This document shows, piece after piece, positions 36,039 to 44,580 of a DNA stretch of 64,000 nucleotides. The notes below the pieces were generated by a model. The model worked only from the letters and a program-made list of their open reading frames with translations. It did not search any database and had not been told where the DNA came from. Source of the DNA: a virus (lineage: Duplodnaviria > Caudoviricetes); the IMG/VR virus record IMGVR_UViG_3300044796_000401, one strand, 5' to 3'. The first letter of the stretch is position 1. Each line of letters begins with the position of its first letter. Position numbers and translations under genes: made by a program.

Positions 36039-36849
36039 TGGGTTCTCCGTTATGACAATAAGAACAATCTGGATCAATGATGTTCCTGCTAGCATGCCAG
36101 CGAGTATGCCGACCCCTTACCTGCGCTTCTTTGACCTCTGGTCGTGAAGCGTTGAGCTTACCCTGAATTCTTCCTAATGCTTGTATTCGTCCGTTTTCAG
36201 CATTTTTGCGTCCGTTGATACGCCCATTGATGGGACCGTAAGTTTTGCCCAGCTTTTGTATTTGGCCGCTCTCGACGTTTTTGCGCCCTTGTATATGTCC
36301 CAATGCTTGTATTCGTCCGCTTTCAACGGCTTTCTTTCCAGCAGCGATTCCTGCGATTTTCTGATGTTCTGGGGTTCGAATGCGGGCCAGCAAGCCGCTT
36401 TCTACGTTCTTTTTTCCTTGGATAAGTCCCTGAGTATGACCACCCCTAGCGCAGACTTCACGAGTCAAATTCTTAACGCCGTGTCCTGTCAACGCTTCGA
36501 TGCGCCCTTGCGTTTTGCCGCCCTTCTTGCCACCAATGCGGCCTGCTCTGCGCTTTGCCTCCCGGACTTCCTCAGTTAGTATCAGCGTTCCAGACGATCC
36601 GTCTCCGCCATCTGTCATGTTGTGAAGAATGCCAGTTCCTTTATCTTTGCGACCAAAAAGTTCAATCATAACTATTTCAGACTCAAAAGCTTCAGCCTCG
36701 TTTAACATGGGAAAAACAACAATGCGAGAGCGGTCTTTTGGACGATGAACTGCATGGGCAGAACTAATGAAAGCTCTACGTTTTTGACCCTTTCCTACAT
36801 AGTAAGGTGTCCCGTCTTCTCGTAGCCACATGTAGGTATAAAAACCCAT
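36025..36849 (-). CDS. GIY-YIG (Seg-like) homing endonuclease with GRKNVESG repeats
   Basis: FYTYMWLREDGTPYYVGKG...R...E...LHNMTDGGDG. Start re-called at MGFYTY. Confidence 0.85.
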   Translation of the reverse strand: MGFYTYMWLREDGTPYYVGKGQKRRAFISSAHAVHRPKDRSRIVVFPMLNEAEAFESEIVMIELFGRKDKGTGILHNMTDGGDGSSGTLILTEEVREAKRRAGRIGGKKGGKTQGRIEALTGHGVKNLTREVCARGGHTQGLIQGKKNVESGLLARIRTPEHQKIAGIAAGKKAVESGRIQALGHIQGRKNVESGQIQKLGKTYGPINGRINGRKNAENGRIQALGRIQGKLNASRPEVKEAQVRGRHTRWHASRNIIDPDCSYCHNGEPNAAV

Positions 36850-36866
36850 ATGTTCTTCAATACCAC

Positions 36867-37526
36867 TCACAACTCCCCCTTGGCGATCGCCTGCACGGCC
36901 GCCCACGGCACCTCCACGAAGGACGACGAAGGCATGGATTTCCGGGCGGCGTTCGTGGAATGTGACGCCGCCACCAGCAAGCTTGTGTCCGCCAAGTCGC
37001 ACCACCGGTCGCGGGGCACTTGGGTCAGGAAGTCGTAGTCCGCTCCGTGGGGCTTGTCGTTGAACCGATGCGCCTCCCAAGCGGACTTGCGGAACGCGAT
37101 CGCACCGATCCAAGCCAGGTTGGTCTTGTTTACATAATGAAACGCCCTCTGCGTCCCTTGCAAGGCGTAGTACAGTTGACTTGTACCCGTTATCGTAATT
37201 TGCGGGCTATTGAGCATCGGCTGGATTTGCCGGGAGACCCTGCTGGACGTATAAAAATCGTCATCATCTTCAACTATACAAAAAGTTCCTGCTGCACGTT
37301 CACAACAAATGTTCATTAGTTGCCCGTGGTTTAGTTTCGTTCCCAACAGGGGAAAATGCTTGATCCTTGGGTCTTCGGGCAGCAAGTCACGAATTTGGTC
37401 TGTTCCATTGTCAGCGATTATCCACTCAATATTGGGGTAGTCCTGCGAAAGGAAACACCTTATCGCCCGCGGAAAAAACTCACGGCGGTTGTAAGTGGGG
37501 GTTACAGCGCTAACTAGTGGATGCAT
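36867..37526 (-). CDS. GT2 family glycosyltransferase
   Basis: VSAVTPTYNR, SQDYPNIEWIIADNG, EDDDDFY and GADYDF motifs. Confidence 0.88.
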   Translation of the reverse strand: MHPLVSAVTPTYNRREFFPRAIRCFLSQDYPNIEWIIADNGTDQIRDLLPEDPRIKHFPLLGTKLNHGQLMNICCERAAGTFCIVEDDDDFYTSSRVSRQIQPMLNSPQITITGTSQLYYALQGTQRAFHYVNKTNLAWIGAIAFRKSAWEAHRFNDKPHGADYDFLTQVPRDRWCDLADTSLLVAASHSTNAARKSMPSSSFVEVPWAAVQAIAKGEL

Positions 37527-38046
37527 TCTTCCTTCCCAACTGTGAAGCTTCAGTTCCTTTTTGGGTTATTTGACGGCGCTGCTCGGCTGTTTTAGTCGCC
37601 CACCAGCGGCACTTTGCTTCGCTAATGTTTTTCTTGTGTTCCTCAGAGAAGGGAGCGTGCGGTTTATTTCTGAGGTTCTGCCGATTCCATTCAGCTAAAT
37701 CAGGACGTTTTTTTCCAAACATCCCATTGGCTTTTCCATGACGCCCCTTGCCAAAGCTCTGACGGCGATTGTTGGCGGAAACTTTCGGGGTGACCCAGCG
37801 GACATTTCCGGGTTCGTAGTGGCCATCATTGTTTTTGCGGTCAAGCATTGTGCCCACGGGACGGCAGCCGATTTCAGCAAGGAATTGCTTAAAACAGACA
37901 AATTGGAACTTAATGCCTCGTCCACCATAATGACCCCACTCAGGGTCTTTAGGATTGGTACATCGTTGTCTAGCTCCAGCATAAGCGGAGTATTCTGGAC
38001 CTGCGTAGTCATCGTCTACCCAACGCCAAGCGTGTGTCTTATTCAT
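37510..38046 (-). CDS. HNH homing endonuclease with NUMOD3-like tail
   Basis: RQRCTNP...YGGRGI...LDRKNNDGHYEPGNVRW...ANNR, followed by SEEHKKNISEA. Confidence 0.82.
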   Translation of the reverse strand: MNKTHAWRWVDDDYAGPEYSAYAGARQRCTNPKDPEWGHYGGRGIKFQFVCFKQFLAEIGCRPVGTMLDRKNNDGHYEPGNVRWVTPKVSANNRRQSFGKGRHGKANGMFGKKRPDLAEWNRQNLRNKPHAPFSEEHKKNISEAKCRWWATKTAEQRRQITQKGTEASQLGRKNASTS

Positions 38047-38467
38047 TCGGCGTCCATTCTAAATACCGGATCGCCCTGCCGAGCACTTCGGGCGAAAACT
38101 TCATCCTCTTCAGCCCCTCCGTGCAGTCGGCGCAAAGCAGGCCCTTCGCCTGCCCGTCGCGGTAATCCACAACAGTCTTCCTGTTGTACAGCACCAAGGC
38201 CGTGTCGCAAATCGGGCATTTCTTGTCCTGCTTCCGCCAGAGTTCGAGGTAGTCCCCCGGCTTCATGTGGCATTCGCGCTCAAGGAAGGCGTCGAAAGCA
38301 TGCACTTTCGTCCAGAAAGTTTTGCAATATGTGTTATGACATGTTTTGCAATAGTGGGAGCGCCCGCTGACAGTGCGCTTGTTCTTCCCGAAGGCATCCA
38401 AAATCAGCCAGCGTTCACACTTTGCGCACCACTTTTCTTTGTCGTTGAAGAGTCTCTTGCGCCCCAT
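38039..38467 (-). CDS. endonuclease VII-like protein, apparently lacking the catalytic His
   Basis: CxxC clusters, QDKKCPIC...VVDYRDG..KGLLCADC...AIRYLE; the usual DH motif reads DY. Confidence 0.6.
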   Translation of the reverse strand: MGRKRLFNDKEKWCAKCERWLILDAFGKNKRTVSGRSHYCKTCHNTYCKTFWTKVHAFDAFLERECHMKPGDYLELWRKQDKKCPICDTALVLYNRKTVVDYRDGQAKGLLCADCTEGLKRMKFSPEVLGRAIRYLEWTPNE

Positions 38468-38962
38468 TTAAGCATTCTCCCAAAGTGTGCTTCCGCACCG
38501 AACTTTTCTGCGGATGGCTTTCTTGATGGCGAGGCAAACAAGCGTCTCATCCGCACCGAACTCTGCCTTTGCGGCCTCTCGTATGGTCTGAAAAACCTCT
38601 CCGGTATCCAACCGTCTGACTGGGCGGTCTCCGTGGAAGCTCGGTTCGGACCAGCGTTTTTCCAGTTTGCCCCTTAAAACTTCATCCGGAACCAACAACA
38701 CCTCATTAATAGCTGCCTTGATCCGGGCCTCATCCCAACAAAACCATTCATTCTGCACACGCAGATCGTTTAATAATCGATGCACCCGAGCTTCCCGAAG
38801 CCGAACATAGGTACAGGGGTAGGAATCCACCAGTTCAAGCTCAAGGGGGCAGAAGGTTTTTATAGTCTGTAACCGAGAACGCACATTTCTCGCCATGCCG
38901 ATTTTGGCAAACTGCCGTGTTTTGTCTGCGATGATGTACAAGTACCCCCTTAATAGCGCCAT
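38468..38962 (-). CDS. T5orf172/GIY-YIG domain protein with NUMOD1-like tail
   Basis: YLYII...KIGMA...RL..I.T..P...EWF, then DTGEVFQTIREAA. Confidence 0.75.
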   Translation of the reverse strand: MALLRGYLYIIADKTRQFAKIGMARNVRSRLQTIKTFCPLELELVDSYPCTYVRLREARVHRLLNDLRVQNEWFCWDEARIKAAINEVLLVPDEVLRGKLEKRWSEPSFHGDRPVRRLDTGEVFQTIREAAKAEFGADETLVCLAIKKAIRRKVRCGSTLWENA

Positions 38963-39112
38963 AAAGCCCCCCAACAATAGAACTTTCGTAGTTCATTGAT
39001 TTTTTAATCAACGATAAACTTCCAATACTCCTATAGAAAATGGGTAATGAATGAAATTTCTCGCTACCAAACGCATGGTTGTAAGAGGATATTTCCTCCA
39101 AGGACACAAATT

Positions 39113-40567
39113 ATGGGCAACAACATCTTCCTGCGTGGCGCGGACACACCCGCCACGGGGCCGAGCACGGGCTTTCCGGCCCAATACGCTTCAAAGATCG
39201 AAAACCTGATGTGCAACCAGCAGGGCGACAACGTCGTCGTGACGCCCGTCGCTACGACAGACTATGTGAACAGCCCCCCGGCTTACGCTGGCGACCTGCT
39301 CGTCGCCGTCGCCATCGGCCTGAAGAGCTACCAGCCCTTCGACCTGCTCCACGGCAATACCACCGAGTTCGGCTTCTTCCAGGGGCTGAACGACTTCAAC
39401 GCCAACCCGACCATCACCGACACCAGCGCAGGCCCCTCGGCGACGATCACGGGAGTGACTATCGCGGCCACCGCGTACGCCGTGACCTCGGCCATGGCTT
39501 CCAATGGCACCACCACGGTGTACAACGGCACCTTCGCCACCGGCCTCGCGGGCTACTACTTCACCGTCGCGGGCTTCAGCAGCGAAGCCTCGCCGCCTGT
39601 CGCCGGGGATGACAACAACGGCACCTACCTGTGCACGGCGTCTTCCGCTACCCAGCTTACGCTGGCCAACCCGAACGGCGTGCATCTCTCCGTCGTCGGG
39701 GCGACCGCGACCGACTACGTCTTGACCGTCACCGCCAGCAACAGCTTCGCCGCGGGCGAAGTCGTGACCCTATCGGGAACGGCAGAGACATATTTGAACG
39801 GGACGGCCGTGACCGTCGTCTCCGCAACCGGGGCATTGTTCACAGCGAACTACCCGGCATGGACCGTAAACGTCACCAACGCGTCCGACACCGGATCAGC
39901 CTCCACCGGGGGCAACATCTGGACGCTCGTGACGAACCTCAACATCGTGGACTCGGACTACACCGTGGTTGCCACGCCCCCGACAGCGCCGAACCCATGG
40001 CCGTCCAGCGCATGGAACCTCGACGGCTACTACCCGAGCATCTATGTTTGGGTCGCCCAGAACGTCAGGGCGGGCACCTACAGCGTCAACCTGAACTCCA
40101 TGTACCAGGACGGCATCGATCCGCCGCAAGACCTCGCGGCTGGCAAGCCGATCTTCGACGGAGGCGTGAACTTCCAAGTCTTCTGCTTCGCTGGCGCTGC
40201 CTTGTCTGGAGCGGTGGAGACTTCCTCCCTCAAAAACATTGGAACATCCACGACCGATCCGGCAACCGCCCCGGCGACGCTCACCACGACCGCCGCCAAC
40301 GGCGACTTGCTCCTTTCAGTCGGCCTCCAGAAGAGCGGGAACGTCTTCAGCGCCGGAACTGTCGGGGAAGCCGGAATCGGCTCGCCGCCGGTAGCCGGAG
40401 CCGCAATGACCAGCATCTCGAACGGCAAGCTGGTCGGCTCCGCAGCACACTACATGGTCGAGTATGCCCTCACAGGGCCGAACACGGCTGGCACCTACGA
40501 CCCCAACTTCTCGAACCCCCTCGGGTACGAGATGGTCGTCGCCTCCATCGCAATCGCATCCTCGTAA
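39113..40567 (+). CDS. putative virion surface/fibre protein, Thr/Ala/Gly/Ser-rich (~484 aa)
   Basis: Start re-called at MGNNIF (AAGGA SD). Beta-strand-rich composition; followed by a terminator. Confidence 0.7.
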   Translation: MGNNIFLRGADTPATGPSTGFPAQYASKIENLMCNQQGDNVVVTPVATTDYVNSPPAYAGDLLVAVAIGLKSYQPFDLLHGNTTEFGFFQGLNDFNANPTITDTSAGPSATITGVTIAATAYAVTSAMASNGTTTVYNGTFATGLAGYYFTVAGFSSEASPPVAGDDNNGTYLCTASSATQLTLANPNGVHLSVVGATATDYVLTVTASNSFAAGEVVTLSGTAETYLNGTAVTVVSATGALFTANYPAWTVNVTNASDTGSASTGGNIWTLVTNLNIVDSDYTVVATPPTAPNPWPSSAWNLDGYYPSIYVWVAQNVRAGTYSVNLNSMYQDGIDPPQDLAAGKPIFDGGVNFQVFCFAGAALSGAVETSSLKNIGTSTTDPATAPATLTTTAANGDLLLSVGLQKSGNVFSAGTVGEAGIGSPPVAGAAMTSISNGKLVGSAAHYMVEYALTGPNTAGTYDPNFSNPLGYEMVVASIAIASS

Positions 40568-40598
40568 TCAGCCTCGGGAGATGGCTCCCGAATCCAAG

Positions 40599-40629
40599 AG
40601 GGCGGCTTATAGCCGCCCTTTTCGTTTTT
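40599..40629 (+). terminator. Rho-independent terminator
   Basis: AGGGCGGCT-TAT-AGCCGCCCT followed by TTTCGTTTTT. Confidence 0.8.
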
Positions 40630-40775
40630 GCAGTATTAAGAGGTAAGGTTCTGCCGGGTTCCGCCCTTTGGGCACACCACCCCTTGATACCTGAATACTC
40701 AAAAATTTCAGTTTTGATGAGAAAATTTCACGCAGGGTGTGCATCGGCGGGCCGATCGGGCCCAGGGGACTAATC

Positions 40776-41519
40776 GTGGAAACAACGCCTTACATGGACA
40801 GCGTCACGGCCGCCAGGTCGATATTGCTTTCCGAGCAGGACCAGCTTGAGGGCACGACGACGATCTCGCTCGAAACCTGCGAGGACCTCCAGCAAGAGGC
40901 GGATGTGCTCACGTACATCCAGGAGAACTTCGGCGAGTTCCTGAAGACGCTGCGCTACCTGAAGAAGGAGGACCAGGAGCTCCTCCTCAGCTACTACCTC
41001 CTGTCCAAGACCCAGAACACGCTGGCGCTCATCCACAAATCCACGCAGACGGTGTGCAGCTTCCGCATCCGCATGGCGGTCAAGACGCTGTGCGCGTTCA
41101 TCATGATGGGCCTCCCTACGGAGGAAAACATGCGGGCAATTTTGGAAGAAGAGGGACTGGAACATAGCTTGGGCGACACGCTGCCGCTATCTAGGGCAAT
41201 TGCTCTGTATTCCAAGGTACGCTCGTTCCAGCGTATAGCCGAAATATACCACATCCATAGGCCTGATATCCGCAGGGCGATGTCCCGTGCGTCCAAGCAG
41301 CTTATGGAATCTAAAAACGCCCACGCACACGCCCTCGGAGCATATACCCACTCGCTCATAGACAAAGCTTCGCCAAGCGGAACCGGGTATTCAAAGCGCA
41401 AACAGCAAAAACAAGGACATATCTACCGTTCAGATTCCCCGATTTTGGGAGAGTTCAGAGTGAAAGTAACCGATCCAGACTTTGAAAAACATTGGTTCGT
41501 TTCGCGCGCAAACAGGTGA
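40776..41519 (+). CDS. sigma-70 region-4-like double helix-turn-helix protein
   Basis: LRYLKKEDQELLLSYY..SKTQNTLA...QTVCSFRIRMAVKTL, and a second HTH SFQRIAEIYHIHRPDIRRAMSRA. GTG start assumed. Confidence 0.55.
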   Translation: METTPYMDSVTAARSILLSEQDQLEGTTTISLETCEDLQQEADVLTYIQENFGEFLKTLRYLKKEDQELLLSYYLLSKTQNTLALIHKSTQTVCSFRIRMAVKTLCAFIMMGLPTEENMRAILEEEGLEHSLGDTLPLSRAIALYSKVRSFQRIAEIYHIHRPDIRRAMSRASKQLMESKNAHAHALGAYTHSLIDKASPSGTGYSKRKQQKQGHIYRSDSPILGEFRVKVTDPDFEKHWFVSRANR

Positions 41520-41709
41520 ACCGCTAATGGACAACCGCCACACCTGCCAGATGCAACTTGGGCACCCCGGCGAGATATGCGGGAACCCGTCCGCGCACAA
41601 GGTCGATTTCTACATGCGTGACGAGTCGGGCGAACTGATGCATTCGCCATGGGTCTGCGGCGGCTGCATCGAGGAAGCGCAGATTTGGTGGAATGGTTAT
41701 GGGGGCAAC

Positions 41710-42030
41710 CTACGAGTTTTGAAGCCCCGCCATGCGGGACTCCCGCGTGCCCGGCCGGTACACGGGCGCTGGCTCCCCCTCGGTAGTGCATCCGATCTTC
41801 ACGGCCATGTTGATTTCCGCAAGGTTGCGCTCGTAGCCCTCGGTGCGGGACAGGCGGTACGCGTAGCCCAAGGACGAGCTGTCGACGGGACCGATCTCGC
41901 GAAGCTCGTGCGGCGGGAACAGCCACGACAGCGTCCGCTCCCAGACGGACCCCGCGGGCTTCGGCTCGCACGCCGGGTACGGCTTCGGGCTTACCGCATC
42001 GCAAACTTGCGCCAATACGTCAGGATTCAT
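41710..42030 (-). CDS. hypothetical protein
   Basis: Last of a run of small coupled minus-strand ORFs. Confidence 0.5.
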   Translation of the reverse strand: MNPDVLAQVCDAVSPKPYPACEPKPAGSVWERTLSWLFPPHELREIGPVDSSSLGYAYRLSRTEGYERNLAEINMAVKIGCTTEGEPAPVYRPGTRESRMAGLQNS

Positions 42031-42262
42031 TGGGTGTCCAGGCCCGCGAGTTTTGGGCTGCCTCAACGTCTAGGGTACCGCGGGTCCAGTTGCGGCGCTC
42101 CGGTTCCTTGTAGGCCTTGGCATAGCTGAAATCCCGCTCCGGCATCGAGGTGGCGCAGAAAAGATCGGGGTCGTCCACGGGCTCCACATCCGCCTGCGGC
42201 TTGATTCTGGACAATTCGGCTGCGACCTCGTCGCCTTCCGGCGTGCCGTAATAGGCGCTCAT
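42020..42262 (-). CDS. hypothetical protein
   Basis: 80-aa ORF overlapping both neighbours. Confidence 0.55.
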   Translation of the reverse strand: MSAYYGTPEGDEVAAELSRIKPQADVEPVDDPDLFCATSMPERDFSYAKAYKEPERRNWTRGTLDVEAAQNSRAWTPNES

Positions 42263-42417
42263 GCTTTCGCTCCACAGTTCGAGTGTTTATTGCTGAATCT
42301 GATCACGGCGGTCGCCCACTTCAAGCCGCCCCATCCCGGTTTGCGGGTCAATGCCTTGCCGCATTTGTCGCATTCCATCGTCCTGCGACGGTCCTTGTTG
42401 TAGGCGATGAGGGTCAT
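42259..42417 (-). CDS. small Cys-containing hypothetical protein
   Basis: MTLIAYNKD...CDKC; ATGA overlaps on both sides. Confidence 0.5.
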   Translation of the reverse strand: MTLIAYNKDRRRTMECDKCGKALTRKPGWGGLKWATAVIRFSNKHSNCGAKA

Positions 42418-42722
42418 GCCCCGGCTCCCTTCGCCGCGGCCTTGAGTTGCGCCACGGGCTTCGGCTGCACCTGCACGAACGTGCTGCGGATGTCTTCCCG
42501 TCCCGCCCAGCCCATCGCACGGGCGGCGCGGATCGTCTTGGGGTATGACAGGACATCGGGGAAGAGGCTCACCGCACGGGTGTCCCTTATAGCCACCTTG
42601 TTGTCCCGTGCGTTGAATCCGATCCAGCCTTCGAGAATCCAGTAGCAGAGGTAGTGGCAAATTCTCGGGGACTTGGCGTCCGCCGTCCTCTTGCACCCGC
42701 AGATGGCGCAGCAGTATTCCAT
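42414..42722 (-). CDS. hypothetical protein with CxxC/CxxxC motifs
   Basis: TAATG coupling to the upstream gene. Confidence 0.55.
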   Translation of the reverse strand: MEYCCAICGCKRTADAKSPRICHYLCYWILEGWIGFNARDNKVAIRDTRAVSLFPDVLSYPKTIRAARAMGWAGREDIRSTFVQVQPKPVAQLKAAAKGAGA

Positions 42723-43054
42723 TATGCCGTTTGCTCCCGCTTTTTCGCGGCTTCGTTGGCGATCAGTTTCTCCAACTTTTTCTCCCGGTCGGGATGCCCC
42801 TGCACCACTTCGATAAGCTGCTTCGCAACCGCGGCGAGCAGCGCTTCGAGGGGACGCCCCTCGACCGTGACGACCTCGGACTCGCTCCCGAATCCCTTCT
42901 TGAGATTTTCAGCCTGCTTCGCCGCCTCGGCGAGGGTCATGGCGAGGGAGAGCAGCTTTGTCTTCTGCACCACCGTAGTCGGCGTTGTCGTTGCCATCCC
43001 GATTTGCATAGATGCCTCCTCGATCACTTCTCCCTGAAAATCAATGACAGCCAA
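42722..43054 (-). CDS. hypothetical helical protein
   Basis: 110-aa ORF within a coupled run. Confidence 0.55.
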   Translation of the reverse strand: MAVIDFQGEVIEEASMQIGMATTTPTTVVQKTKLLSLAMTLAEAAKQAENLKKGFGSESEVVTVEGRPLEALLAAVAKQLIEVVQGHPDREKKLEKLIANEAAKKREQTA

Positions 43055-44165
43055 GAATACAGTTCCACGGCGCGGGCAATCCCGCCATCACGCCGTAGTA
43101 GGAAACGAACCCAACTAATGCCGACGCAACCGCGACCGGTGCCAGCTTGAAGGGCATCTTCTTGCTTTCGCCCAACTGCCAGCACGCCACCGCTATCGCG
43201 GGAGCGAGGAACACGAACGCATCCAGATAGTAGTAGTAATACGTGGCGGGGCGGGGAGTCACCACCCAGAATCCAAGGTTGACGAGATACGGCATGGCGA
43301 CGATCATCTTGTCTCGGCGGTACAGGATGAAGGCGAGGGCAAGGATGCCGAACACCGTAATCGCCGGATTGCCCACCAAGTAAGGCAAACTATCCTGCGG
43401 ATGCGTGCGGAAAATCCAGTTATACCACGCCTCCGAGAATCCCGGAACGCTGACAGCGTGCTTGTGGAATCCCAGCATGAACACCTGCATCCCGACGAAG
43501 GAACTCGGGGCGTCGTGCTCACGTACCATCAGGGGGATGAAACTCAGCGCATAGGCGCTGGCGGCGGCGGCGTACAGCACCATCGGCTTGCGCACGCTCT
43601 TGTCCGTGACGAGGCACAGGATGCCGATGACGAAGAGCATTGCCCCCGCATTCCACCTGCATCCGACAGCGAGTCCGAATGCCAGACCGGAGTAGCCGAT
43701 CCACAATCCCCTCGTGCGTGACAAAGTGTAGAGATACAGCCCGATGGCAGAGAAGGTCAAGCCGAAGATGGACAGCATCGCCACTCGGGACATCACGAAC
43801 CAGAAATTGTTGAGGACGAGCAAGGCGGCGGCGATGAGGGCGGTGCTTCTGCTGCCCGTCAGTTCCAGCACCCAAAGCAGTATCACGACCACGAGGACGG
43901 CACCGAATAGGGTGCCCATGATGCGCCAGCCCCACGGATTGTCGCCGAGCACCCGCATGCCAGCGGCGATGAAATACTTCGCCACCGGAGGATGTTCGGG
44001 GTTGGTCGTCGGCGTTCCGGCGAGGAAATCCTTGGCAGCCGACACGTAGTACTTTTCATCGAACATCATCGATTGGCTGCCCAGATTGAACAGCAACAGG
44101 CCCCAAGAAACGATGAAAGTGACCAGCACCAGACTGATTATGCTTGTCTTGGATGGGGTGTTCAT
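43041..44165 (-). CDS. protein O-mannosyltransferase (PMT/GT39, GT-C fold) family membrane protein
   Basis: About 10 hydrophobic segments; FDEKYYV, NPEHPPVAKY, WGWR and SRVAML motifs. Start re-called at MNTPSK. Confidence 0.82.
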   Translation of the reverse strand: MNTPSKTSIISLVLVTFIVSWGLLLFNLGSQSMMFDEKYYVSAAKDFLAGTPTTNPEHPPVAKYFIAAGMRVLGDNPWGWRIMGTLFGAVLVVVILLWVLELTGSRSTALIAAALLVLNNFWFVMSRVAMLSIFGLTFSAIGLYLYTLSRTRGLWIGYSGLAFGLAVGCRWNAGAMLFVIGILCLVTDKSVRKPMVLYAAAASAYALSFIPLMVREHDAPSSFVGMQVFMLGFHKHAVSVPGFSEAWYNWIFRTHPQDSLPYLVGNPAITVFGILALAFILYRRDKMIVAMPYLVNLGFWVVTPRPATYYYYYLDAFVFLAPAIAVACWQLGESKKMPFKLAPVAVASALVGFVSYYGVMAGLPAPWNCILGCH

Positions 44166-44211
44166 ATCCCTAGTATACAGCGTCGGGGGAATTTTGGCTA
44201 TCTGCAAGGTG

Positions 44212-44251
44212 TTGAAAACAAAAGAATAGCGGCTGTTGCCAGTCGCTATTC
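44212..44251 (-). terminator. Rho-independent terminator
   Basis: GAATAGCGACTG-GCAA-CAGCCGCTATTC followed by TTTTGTTTT on the minus strand. Confidence 0.75.
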
Positions 44252-44279
44252 AGACAATTTTCGGTTTTAGGGGGCTGTA

Positions 44280-44507
44280 TTAGGCGAACAGTGTGTCCGG
44301 CGCATTCGGGGCTGTGCCCTTGTACTTGGAGCCGCCGCTCGGGCCGCCACGCCCCATCGCGTAATCGACGAAGCGCTTTTCCTTGAAGTTTTCGTTGGTG
44401 CTGTGGAGGTACTTTGCAAAATGCTTGACGAGGTCTTCCCACTGCTGATTAGGCATGCGGAAAGTCCTCAGGGCATCGGCGATCAGGACGAAATGCTGCG
44501 TGCTCAT
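44280..44507 (-). CDS. small phage protein (MSTQHFVLIADAL...NENFKEKRFVDY)
   Basis: Resembles small phage proteins of the MxRKxFxxIA...NxRFDxxRF pattern. Preceded in frame by DKTAVS. Confidence 0.65.
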   Translation of the reverse strand: MSTQHFVLIADALRTFRMPNQQWEDLVKHFAKYLHSTNENFKEKRFVDYAMGRGGPSGGSKYKGTAPNAPDTLFA

Positions 44508-44580
44508 GCTCACGGCTGTTTTGTCAAAGACTCCCGATGGCGGACTTGCCAGCGGGGGTGACCTTTTTTGCAGCCTTGCC

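Noticed and set aside
41482-42129. Plus-strand 215-aa ORF (MDNRHTC... from 41527)
   Set aside because: Mostly antisense to the coupled minus-strand genes. A short real N-terminal part cannot be excluded but is unsupported.
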